Source: Bugula neritina (taxonomy: Eukaryota; Animalia; Bryozoa). Taken from it: a stretch of DNA of 64,000 nucleotides. This document shows, piece by piece, positions 53,201-64,000 of the stretch. The notes under the pieces are model-generated. The model saw only the letters and a program-made list of their open reading frames with translations, was not told the DNA's origin and did no database searches. The stretch covers positions 11,480,581 to 11,544,580 of the forward strand of contig OZ037767.1 in NCBI GenBank assembly GCA_964035545.1, in the 5' to 3' direction. Position 1 is the first letter of the stretch. Every line of letters starts with the position of its first letter. Both the position numbers and the translations under genes were made by a program.

Positions 53201-56200
53201 TCCAGTTAATATATAATCTATTATACTACACGGTGTAATTGAAGCTATGAAACTATTGGAGATTTCAGCTTTCCCAACTCTTCGCATATGTCTAGATCTA
53301 CTGTAATATATTAATTCTATCAAAACCCATGGTAAAAATTATAAAATATTCTATGCCAAATTTGAATAATTTCAAATAATAGTAACAATGATTTCCAGTT
53401 GTAATTTAAATCTCAAGATTAAGAGGTAACGGAGGGGGGAGTGCTTACCCGTCTGCTCCAGTTTAGCCCGTAGCTGCGTCAGGTCACCGTGCTCTTTCCT
53501 GTTTTTGTTAATTTCAGACATGAGCCGCGAGAGCTCCCTGGTCAGCTCACCGACTCTGGTTTGACAAACTTGCTGCTGCCCTCTAAGGTGGGACAGTTCT
53601 CTCTCCGCCCGCTCTGTCAACTGTTGGAACAGAACACCAACTAATCACCTTCATAACACAGCTCTAACTGGTGTTTGTAAACTCTGCTTGAAAATGACTT
53701 TCACAGCAGCATTCAGTCAAAGTGATAGTAACACAGCTATGGTATGGACCACATAACATGGAGTATTCACCACTCAAAGAAAGTACCGTGTGATAACATG
53801 GAGTCATCTGTAGTACACAATGCGAGGTACACACTCACATCTGATAACTGTAGTACACAATGCGAGGTACACACTCACATCTGATAACTGTAGTATATAA
53901 TGCGAGGTACACACTCACATCTGATAACTGTAGTGTACAGTGCGAGGTACACACTCACATCTGATAACTGTAGTACACAATGCGAGGTACACACTCACAT
54001 CTGATAACTGTAGTATACAATGCGAAGTACACACTCACATCTGATAACTGCAAGCTCTCTCTGTCATACTGGGTCGCCAGATCTTTCAAACTCTGCTGTC
54101 GGTCACTTCTCTCCTCATTCAACCTGCTGACATCTTGCCGGAGTTCAGCTGCCGCTACCTGCTGTTCACTGACCTCTCCTTTCACCTCTCCCAGCCTGTG
54201 ACAGACATGAGATTAATATCTTCAAAGGACATTCAAAGACTAATGGGGAAACAACACCCACTGCACTACTGAATCCAGTTCTCCCTCCTCCCTCATCACA
54301 AGCATGTAATAAAGAAGGTTCAACTATTTTAGAGACACTCACAAAGTGTTAATCTGCTGATAATCATATCTCAGCTGGTCCAGCTGCTGCTCCAAGTCTA
54401 ACTTCTGTTTTTCTGTGGCTTCACATTGCTAAGGGGAAATAAGTGTAAACTGCAGTTCATAGAAGCTCTGGCTAAGTAAAGGTACAAAGTGTTAGATTGG
54501 ACTTTGGAATTTGCATTTATTTCAAAACCAACTGCTATGAACACAGAAAGCTCAATGCCTAATTTAAAACTAACGGTGAAAAATTTACCAAATTATTTTT
54601 TAAAATGATTGAAGCATTTTTTCAGCAGATTACAAAATATCATATTTAAAAAGAAAAAACCAAAGTCCGGCTTCCTTATAGTGAAACATAACCTTCACAC
54701 TTTAACAAATATATGTAGATTTTCAAATACTGAAGTATAACTAAATCTTACAGAATATAAAGCAGCTTTCTTAGCTTCCATGTCTTTGAGTATTTTCTTC
54801 AGTTTAGATGCGGCTGTCCGTTGGTCTACAACAGATACAATAATAAATATATGGCACACAGGCTAGAGTTCAATAATCATTCTTTTGTTAAAGAGAAATG
54901 ATTTAAAGACTGAAAGTATAAAATAGCTCTTGTACTTTGGTTATCAACTAGAGCTAACTCTCTAACAACTATAAACGGAGCACTTTAACGGACTGACAGT
55001 AAATTATACTAATTACTATCAAGTAACTGAGAGTGAGTTACACTGTTTACTATCAAGTAACTGACAGTGAGTTACCCTGATTACCTTTGAGGGACTGACA
55101 GTGAGTTACACTGATTACCTTTGAGGGACTGACAGTGAGTTACACTGATTACCTTTGGGGGACTGACAGTGAGTTCCACTGATTACCTTTGAGGGACTGA
55201 GAGACTGACTGGAGTTCTGACTCACAACTCGTTTTCTCAAACTTCGCGTCGCCAACTTGAGACTGAAGCTGTTTGAGTTTATTCTGCAGCTGCTCACACT
55301 CTGATGTCTTCTCTCGAATCTGTGACTCGATACTCGATTGTGTGTTAGACATCTCTGTCACAGCCGCCTGCATGTAGAAAGATGGTTTATAAAAATATCT
55401 TTCTGCAAGCAGTGTGAATTATCAACGAGTCATTCAAACAAAGTGTTGAATCACCAACCCTTATTGTCATATCATGACTCGTACAGCACTGAATGGAAAG
55501 CTAACTTAATGTTACAATATGTTCAGCTATTTGTGCAAAACTATCAAAACCAGATACAACTTTTGCTGTAGTCTGTAAAATTATGAAAACCTGTAACTGC
55601 AAGATGCATTTTATCTGTAGGTTGCTGCATTCTACACAATATTGGAATAATGTGTTGTGTTGTAGTATATATTATAAAGTTTCATTTTAAGCGTAGCACA
55701 CAAAATGAACATAATGTCTATAATTATTATAAAATTATTATAAAATTAATTTATAAGCATCAGCTAAATTTTCTGTTATCAAAAAAATGAAAAGTAGAGA
55801 CTAACTACTGGGGGATGAGAAAAGCAACATTCAAAGAGAAACAGGAGAAGAATAAAACAAGGGAAGGAGAGCAGATATGATATGTTAGTGACCTTGTTCA
55901 TCTCCACCTTCCTGTTAATCTGATCAAGTTCTGCGGACTTCTGACCAACGGCTCTACTCACGGAGTCCTTCTCCAGTCGGAGTTTCTCAAGAATTGAGCT
56001 GGCGGAGTTCGTTTCAAACTAATCACAGGAAATGGAGAGCAAGTAGCAAAGAGGTAAGCATAAAGGGAAGCTGAATTAGAACCAGAAAAGCACACAAGCC
56101 GCACACCAACAAATAAACACATTCACAAGTCTAGAAAATGCACAAGGCTGTGACAATGTATGTTGAGTTATAGTAGACAAGCATAGTATATCAGATGAGC

Positions 56201-59200
56201 AAATGCTATTTGAAATGAATTAAACTCAAAAACACTTAGGGCATTTCAAATACTACATTCTGGTAATTCTATACTCTACACAAAGCTATGTCCATATAAA
56301 CATGTTTCATCCACCTGAGCTGTGAGCTAGACATACAGTCCAGCTCTCTATATTATGTACAAAGTATTGATGGACAAGTCAGTTCCAAACAGTCAGCCTA
56401 CCTCTAGTTTATCTAGAAGTTGTCTTCCTTCAGAGTGTTTGGCTCTCAACTCATTGAGCTCTCCTTCAACCAGATTCGACTCAGCGGTGAGCGACTCCAG
56501 CAGACACCGTCGCTCCGAGATTTCCCGCAGAAGTTCAGCGGACTCCGCCCGGGCCGCAGTCAAAGACTTCTTCAGCACTGACAACTGATCTCTACAACAC
56601 AAGACATGAACAACAATTTCCAAAGCATAGAGAGCAGAACATGTGCAAATCTTCAAGCCATGTTTGGTATTTCACAGGTACGCACTCTTTCTGTTCTGTA
56701 GCAATAGTCAACGTTTGTAGAGCCTCTTTCTCATCCTCAATCTTGTCCTTGACCTTCTCTAATAACTCCTTGCGATTCTCCAGCCTCTCTTTCACCTCCC
56801 GCTCTAGAGAACTCATGGAGCTAATTTCTGTGCGCTTTTCCTACAAAATGGTCATCATTTGGTGAACCCAGTCCAGGGGTGCTGCCAGTAGACTAGCCAA
56901 TCAGGTTACAGCGTTACAGAGCTCAAAGATTAACTGCATGTAACTGATTAATGTAACAGTTTTGAAAATATTTCTCAGCATTTCCCAGAGCATCAAACCC
57001 AGGATACTACATGATGCACCGTCAAACACTTTACAACTCAATAGCCCCTGTAGATGTTTCAGTAAGCAGCATACATGCTACCATCTGTTATGCAGTACAC
57101 AGCACACACACATTAGTTATGTTGCCAAGCAACAAGTAAATACTATATTATTGTGTTGCTAGACAACACTAACCGTAGTTAACAAGCTGCTAGTACTGTG
57201 CACATTGTTAGGAGGTGTGTTTTTACTTGGAGCCACTGTAAGTCATATTATCAGTTGATACACAGCATCACAAACCCACTATCGTTGTTGCTAGGTAACA
57301 GCGCGTACACACACCACCTTAGGTTGCTAAGCATCAACACTTTACCTTCAACTGTTCAGAAACAACCTTGACCTCGGACTGCAGGCTACTTAGAGTTGTC
57401 TTCTGCTCTCCTGACTGAGTTTCAAGGAGAGAAAACTCTTGCCTAGCAGTTCCAAGGTCAGTGTTGAGTGCCGTGAGTTGTCCCTCTCGCTCAGATAACT
57501 GAAGAGATCATTGCGAGTGAAAGGAGACAGATAATACTAACTATCTATAATACTAACTATATATAATACTAACTATCTATAATACAAACTATCTACAGTA
57601 CTAACTATAATACTAACTATTTACAATACTAACTATCTATAATACAAACTATCTACAGTACTAACTATAATACTAACTATCTATAATACTAACTATCTAT
57701 AATACAAACTATCTACAATACAAACTATCTACAATACTAACTATCTACAATACTAACTATCTATAATACTAACTATCTATAATACAAACTATCTACAATA
57801 CAAACTATCTACAATACTAACTATCTACAATACTAACTATCTATAATACTAACTATCTATAATACAAACTATCTATAATACAAACTATCTATAATACTAA
57901 CTATCTATAATACTAACTATCTATAATACAAACTATCTATAATACTATCTATAATACTAACTATCTACAGAACTAGCTATCTATAATACAAACTATCTAT
58001 AATACTAACTATCTATAATACTAACTATCTATAACACTAACTATCTATAATACTAACTATCTATAATACTAACTATCTACAGTACTAACTATAATCCTAA
58101 CTATCTATAATACTAACTATCTACAATACTAACTATCTACAGAACTAGCTATCTAATAGTTTGGTGTCCTTACAGACATAGAAACAGAAGTCATACAAAA
58201 TTATCGTCGAATTACATGACTACCTCAACTTTAGTTACAGGCTAACAGTATAACTGGTTTCGAATGGACATGGCTGTGTAAGACTATGAAATCGCTAGCT
58301 TGAGCTACAGCAAGTAATGATCAGTGTGCTTTGAGTCTGTTGGGTTGGGTAGTGCATCAACAAGTAAAGAAAATGCATAGAAAGTTTTAAGTATACCTCT
58401 TGATTTCTATTGAATAAAATTGCTGTTTTAAAACTTGAATTACTTACTACTGATTTGATATCTTTAATGTCCCCATAGTGTTCAGACAACTCCAACTCAC
58501 TGTGACGAACTGATGCTAAGTGACGCTCCGCTTCTAATTTAATCTCATGTAAGTTCTGTTCAGCATCGGCTGTTTGTTTCCTTATGGCCTGTTGTAATTC
58601 TGTTAGCACCTGATGACACACAATGACAAGTCCTGACACAGTAGCAAGTGATGACACACAGTAATCAGTAGATCATGTTTGCCCAACTATTGCTATCATT
58701 CTGAAAAAAAGTTATGCTAGCAGCGTTTTATCATATTAAAAGCCAATCATTTATCTGTCATGAAAGGCTGTAAGTTGCCAAGTATATTCAAAGACACAAA
58801 GTGACATTAACAGCTGCTTACACTCTCCGACTGTTGAATTTGCTGAGTGAGGGTATTGAAGTATGCATCCCTCTCTTGAGTAACTTCTTCTATTCTGTCT
58901 ATCTGCTCCTGTAACGTGTCTCGCTCTTCTGTCAACTTCTTACCATCAACCATCAGCTGGGCCACTTGTCCTTCTCTTTCTGTCTTATTACCATCTAATA
59001 ATAATACCCAAACCTGTCCTTACAGTTACTGGTTTTGTAAATTTATAAACAGGGAGTATTTTATTAGACACATATGAAAGATTTGGTTCAATTGGTGGAT
59101 TAGGTTTGTTCCAGTTAAATTAAAAATTTAATGCTTCATTTTAAGCTACTAACTTTTTCATTGTCATGTCAAATTTATATGAGTATATATTACTATTATA

Positions 59201-62200
59201 ATCTACTGTTGTTCACTGATTAGTTCTAGTGCTTAAGAATACGATCTTATTGAAGGTTGACAGTTTAAAATAACTACCAAGCCCGTGTCTAGCCACTCAC
59301 CCAGCACCTCCAGCTCTGTCTGTACGGAGTCCAGCTGCTCCTTAACTAAATCATACTGACCAATCATCTGCTCAGCTTCGTCTTTCACCAGGTCAAGACT
59401 GTTTCTACATTCAACCAATCGACTGTCTGCTTCTCTTAGCTCCGCCCTACGCTTAGCAAGAGTTTCTTCTAGACAATGCAGTTCCGTCTGCAGCAGGAAT
59501 AAGATAGGATCTGACAATTAGTAAATGTGCCTTTAACATACGCATTACAACTAGCGCAAAGATAAATGCAAAATCAAGAAAATTCAAATACCCACTGATG
59601 AAGCCACAGATAACAGTCTGCTATAACTGACCAATCAGTGGCCAACTTACATTCATGTAGTGGTCAATCTCGGCTCTTCTCTCCTCGTTTTCCGTGTCCG
59701 AGTCACCAGCGCGTCTCCGCTGACCTTTCTTCAACCTCCAGTTACTCTTCAGAGTGTCCAGCTGCTCCCTCTGCAGGTTGATGGCCAGATCCAGACTCTC
59801 CAGCTCACTCCTCCGTTCCTGTGGTCACGCATTCAGCCAATCACAACCAGCATCACATTCAACCAATCACAACCAGCATCACAACTTACCACATACATAA
59901 ACCTCACAGTAGTGTTTCAATCATAGGCGAGAAATAAATGTTTTAGATTGCATTGGGTTTTGCCAGAACATTTCAATTGGCATATAAAGAGTAAAAGCAC
60001 ACAAGTTGGTTGAGATTAAACCTCTATAGTCATTCGAAAGTGCCAGATGTATAGCCGATCACCTTAATTCAGCATAGAGGATGACAATTTTACAACCTTA
60101 TACAAGAATGTTGACAGACGTCAATGTTATCTGTTATCTTCATGTAATTTACGTGAGAAAATAAACCTTTTATCTCGAAGAAAGTATTCAATGGTGACAC
60201 AAATAAGCTAAAGCTATACTGCTACACGCCCTTGACCCTTTACCTTCAAGGCGTGCTTGAGTTCGGCAGCAGCTCTACTCTGATTGGACAGTTTCCTTTC
60301 TTCTTTTCGGTCAGATTTGCTTTCTTTGAAAGAAGTTTTCATGTCTTTATATTTTTCCCTCAGTTTTGAATACAAATCTTCCTACAAGGAGAAACAAGCA
60401 TAAGCAACACGACCTGAAGCAAGGCAAACCTCTGCACACTACACAGTTGACTACATACAAACAAGGAAATGTCCACCAGGATGGCAGATGGCATATAAAC
60501 TATAATTGAACACTTTGACCCAAATGTTAGCAATAGAGGGAGTTCTTACCAGGTGATGATGTTCGGGGACGGTGCACACCAAACCGCTAGATTCATTAAC
60601 CTTGAGAATGCCTCTCACAGGAGTTGTAGACGTGGAGCCGTTGAGCACCACAGTTTTAGTGGGGGTGGAGTTGCTGGCCATTGTAACAACGGGAACTGTG
60701 TCAGCTGGCACTAAGGCTATGGTGGGAGGGGCTTGTACACCTGCAGTGATTGGAGTAAGTTAGAAGAGGTTACAGGCTAAATGAAAGAGGCTGCCATGTT
60801 AAACTATCTACGACTATATATTATACACAACTATAAGCAGCTTACTAACCTGTCTGGTGATAGGACGTCTGGGGACCAATAAAGTGACTAGCATTTTGTG
60901 TAGCAACACGTGATTGGACAGGATAGGCAGAAGGCTGGCTTACAGAAATACCAGCTGAGCTCGCTGGGTTGACCTGGTAAACTGGAGCAACCTGGTTAGG
61001 TGGGTTAGGCTGGTAAGTTGGTAGTGAGTAGTTAGACTGCATTGCTGGGTTGATCTGGGCAGGTATTTGAGGCGCCGTATGAGTAGCGGCCAGGTGTCCA
61101 AAGCCAACTACAAACCATGTGTTATGATACAAACAAACCACACACTGCTATCTAATGTTAGCACAAACCACACTTACAGCAAAGCTTACTCAGCTGTGAC
61201 AAGATAGCAACAAACTTAGCAAATCTAAGACTCATTGTCTAAAGGTGCAGACTGAGTCAGATTTTAAATAAACTAAAAAAATTGAGACAGAAAAATCAGT
61301 TCTCAAGACCCAAGGCTAGATCATATGTTGAGTTGTGTTCTTGCAGTTGAGCAAACGACCACTGCCCAAGTGATTTAGAGCAATGCGAGTGTAGTATTAG
61401 TTGGCACTTGCATAGAGCTGTCAGTCAACATAGAGACAGCATTCAGCTCAAACACTTTTAAAAGTTAGTTTCCAAATCTCTCATAAACCTGCTAAGCCTG
61501 CAGAGAGAGGAGTGTATTACACTAAGCAACGGCCAACTTTAAAGATGAAAACAAATTCTTATAAGAAACGTAACCCAGACAACTCACCGTGCTGAGCTGC
61601 TGCCTTGTGAGGAGTAGATGTCAGCATGTGACCTTGACTTGTAGGAGTGTCTCCTAATTGGCCGGGTCTGAATGACGGACCCTGTACAAAGCTATTTGAC
61701 ATCTGATCGTAGCCTGTATTCTGCAGAGACTGGTGCGGGTGGCTGGCGGATATAGTAGACAGCGGTCCAGCCTGCTGCATCCCACCAAGCAAACTGTTGA
61801 TTCTTGCTCTCTCTTCTTCACTGTAAAAATACAGAAACATATTGAAACAAACCAAATATTTACCCGTTATTGACAGAGGTAATAGTTAAGTCTAGAAAAG
61901 TTAGAAGACATAGACTAAATTAAATCTGGCCAGATAAAACTTAAAGAACATGGAGATTAGCAAGCAACCTCGTCAACCTAATGTTCCATCAGCCTGTACA
62001 CATGGGGAGCCCCGGACCAAAACATAGGTGCCTGAGAACTTACCCGAATTGACTTTGACTGGCCAAGAGCGCGGCTAATCTTTCCACTTCCTGTTTGTAT
62101 TTGTCTAGTTCATTTTTAAGCCAATCAGTTTCATCCTTCTGCCTGTTAATAACTTCCTCTGCGTCATCTGTCCGCCGCAGCGTATCATTGAGGTTTCTAT

Positions 62201-63827
62201 CTCGATCAGCAAGCATCTGCAAAAATGGAATTAGTGGAAGTGTTGTACAGTAGACTTCATTGAGCAGCTTTTAAAAGAAACAAAGAGCTCACATTGTTAG
62301 TCAACAATTCTGAGAATAAGAGAGAAATACAAATGGCAAGTCACAGATGATGAGCCACAGATGATGAGTCACAAGTAAAAACTCACCTGCTGAAGCCTGT
62401 CAATCTCGCTGTCAGCCTTAGCCAGCTCTTTGTAGAGTCTGCGTGTTTCAGGGTTTGGTTGAGGAGCAGCTAGTCTAGGGTTCTCCAGATCTGATTCGTA
62501 GGTTTCAGGGACTGTGCCCAGATCCCCCCTCCTTCTGTCAGATGGCTTAGAACCTCTGCCACCTAAATATACATATTATATACTATTAACAATCTAGAGT
62601 TATACATCAACATATTTAACACATTAGTAAGCACTGAAGAAAGCAGCCTGTGGGATAATCTATAGCCTTAAAACTAAATAAACTGATTGACAACATTCAA
62701 GGCGAGTAGTAAGCCGTGCTTCCTTACCAAATGCAGCCTCATTTCCAGGATGTCTGGGCTGAGTATAAGGTTGAGGTGCATCAGATTGAATGGACATGAC
62801 ATCATCAGGGTGGGGCGGAACACGTGTCATACTTTGTCTAGAAGGTTCCAAAGGTCTAGGATTTTCATCAGTTCTACAGAGAAACGAGTTTCAGGGTACC
62901 TCCCTGCTCTCAAGTTCACAGCAAAGTAGATAAACTTAGGAATATGTATACTTACACTCTACCACTGTTCTGGTACAGATATACTTACACTCTTCCACTG
63001 TTCTGGTACAGATATACTTACATTATATCACTGTTCTGGTACAGAGATACTTACACTCTACCACTGTTCTGGTACAGATATACTTACACTCTACCACTGT
63101 TCTGGCTGCTAGACCCTTGACCAGGAGTTCCACCGTCTCTCTCATCAAACCTGTTGACACCACGTTTAGACTGAGAGTGAGGATGGTGGGAAGGATGGAG
63201 AGGGTGAGCCCGCTTTACAGTATCATGTGTAGCCTCACTCTCCTCATATGACTCATCTAGGCCAGCGTCCAAATCAAACTGAGGTGGAGCGGAATACCTG
63301 CACAGGGGTAGAAAACTCCCCAACTTAGAAAAATATGCATTTAGTGGCATTTAAAAACATTTTAAAATAAAAACTACTTCAAAACAAACCAAAACAGATA
63401 AATCATAAGTTTGTAATTACTTGAAATTTATTTTATACAACTGACAACCTGTTTTAGCTTGAGAAAATAATGAATTTTAACAGGTCTAAACTAAACAGGC
63501 CATCACTCAGGGAGCTTATTGGTCACTATAATAGCATGGATGACTACGCTCACAACAAACACGTTGGAAACACAATTTTACCGACTGCTGATGGAAAGAC
63601 AACTTCACTGACTTGTTATACTTGCTGAGACTCCTCGGCTGGTCAGTAGCGCGCGACATCTGCCTTGACCTCTCCAACTCCGCCTGCACTTTGCGCAGAC
63701 GGTCGTGAGCGTCCATTAACTGCCTCTTCAAATTTTCCTCTCCCGCCATGTTGGCTCTGATGTCATTCAGCTCCTGTCTGAGAACTTCTACCAGGGCAGA
63801 TGACTCCGAGTCTGTGGACTCACTCCC
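50236..63827 (-). CDS. CNTRL: Centriolin (CEP110), central and C-terminal coiled-coil exons; gene continues off the right edge
   Basis: Many GT-AG exons encoding heptad coiled coil. Diagnostic motifs: LVCTVPEHHHL|EDL (recalled centriolin CNVPEHHNLE) after a Pro-rich linker, and ELHCLEETLAKRRAELREADSRL (recalled EIECIEKTLLKRRSELREADRLL). The exact stop is uncertain: TAA at 50236, or via a short terminal intron. Confidence 0.8.
50433..50698. repeat. 17-bp minisatellite (AATACTACAGTTCATAC) abutting the last CNTRL acceptor
   Basis: Tandem copies start within ~5 nt of the minus-strand AG. Confidence 0.9.
51045..51303. repeat. 16-bp minisatellite (GTAAGTATATCACAAT) abutting a CNTRL acceptor, with one duplicated acceptor
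   Basis: ACCTGAAAATGTAAGTA occurs at the true junction (~51043) and again at ~51139. Confidence 0.88.
52595..52800. repeat. ~32-bp minisatellite (CACATGRCATCTGACAGCTACC) next to a CNTRL donor
   Basis: About 6 degenerate copies. Confidence 0.82.
53808..54050 (-). repeat. 40-bp minisatellite made of six copies of a CNTRL splice donor junction
   Basis: Minus strand CAGTTATCAGAT|GTGAGT repeated every 40 bp; ACTCAC at 53833, 53873, 53913, 53953, 53993 and 54033. Confidence 0.92.
54990..55200 (-). repeat. 34-bp minisatellite containing four copies of a CNTRL splice donor junction plus decayed units
   Basis: Minus strand CAGTCCCTCAAAG|GTAATC; TTACC at 55081, 55115, 55149 and 55183. Confidence 0.9.
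57531..58155. repeat. 16-bp minisatellite (AATACTAACTATCTAT) next to a CNTRL acceptor
   Basis: ~620-bp homogeneous array. Confidence 0.95.
62948..63105 (-). repeat. 33-bp minisatellite made of five copies of a CNTRL splice donor junction
   Basis: Minus strand CCAGAACAGTGGTAGAGT|GTAAGT; CTTAC at 62951, 62984, 63017, 63050 and 63083. Confidence 0.92.
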
Positions 63828-64000
63828 CTATACAAGCAGTCAACATATGCCTCTAATGACTCATGTCAGGTCAAGAAAGCAGCTTTTTATTCAACTTTAT
63901 TAAAGTTTATGGTAAAATTCAGCTCTCTATCTCCACAAGTATGGGTCCAGCAAAAAGGTTGTAAAGTGCAAACAATTCCCAATTATTACATTAGATGTGA

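Overview
AT-rich, intron-rich eukaryotic (invertebrate animal) genomic DNA; nothing prokaryotic (no CRISPR, operon or rRNA). Five conserved multi-exon genes can be reconstructed by hand from splice sites and reading phase: WDR20 (minus, 5' two exons), VPS54 (plus, complete), RCOR/CoREST (minus, complete), YLPM1/ZAP3 (plus, complete) and centriolin/CNTRL (minus, 3' part). WDR20/VPS54 and RCOR/YLPM1 are head-to-head; VPS54/RCOR and YLPM1/CNTRL are convergent. Introns hold five copies of a tRNA-derived SINE, several TIR/foldback non-autonomous DNA elements, and many locus-specific minisatellites. The most striking pattern is that at least five minisatellites are amplified exon-intron junctions: arrays of 4-10 near-identical splice donors or branchpoint+acceptor modules in which only the exon-proximal copy keeps the frame open. 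Also notable are a candidate hidden small spliced gene at 46.9-48.2 kb, absent from the ORF track, zinc-finger modules in VPS54 and CoREST that I recall being absent from vertebrate orthologues, a GC-AG intron and a candidate poison exon. Gene identities rest on recalled motif similarity, not database searches; exon coordinates were read by hand and may be off by a few bases.
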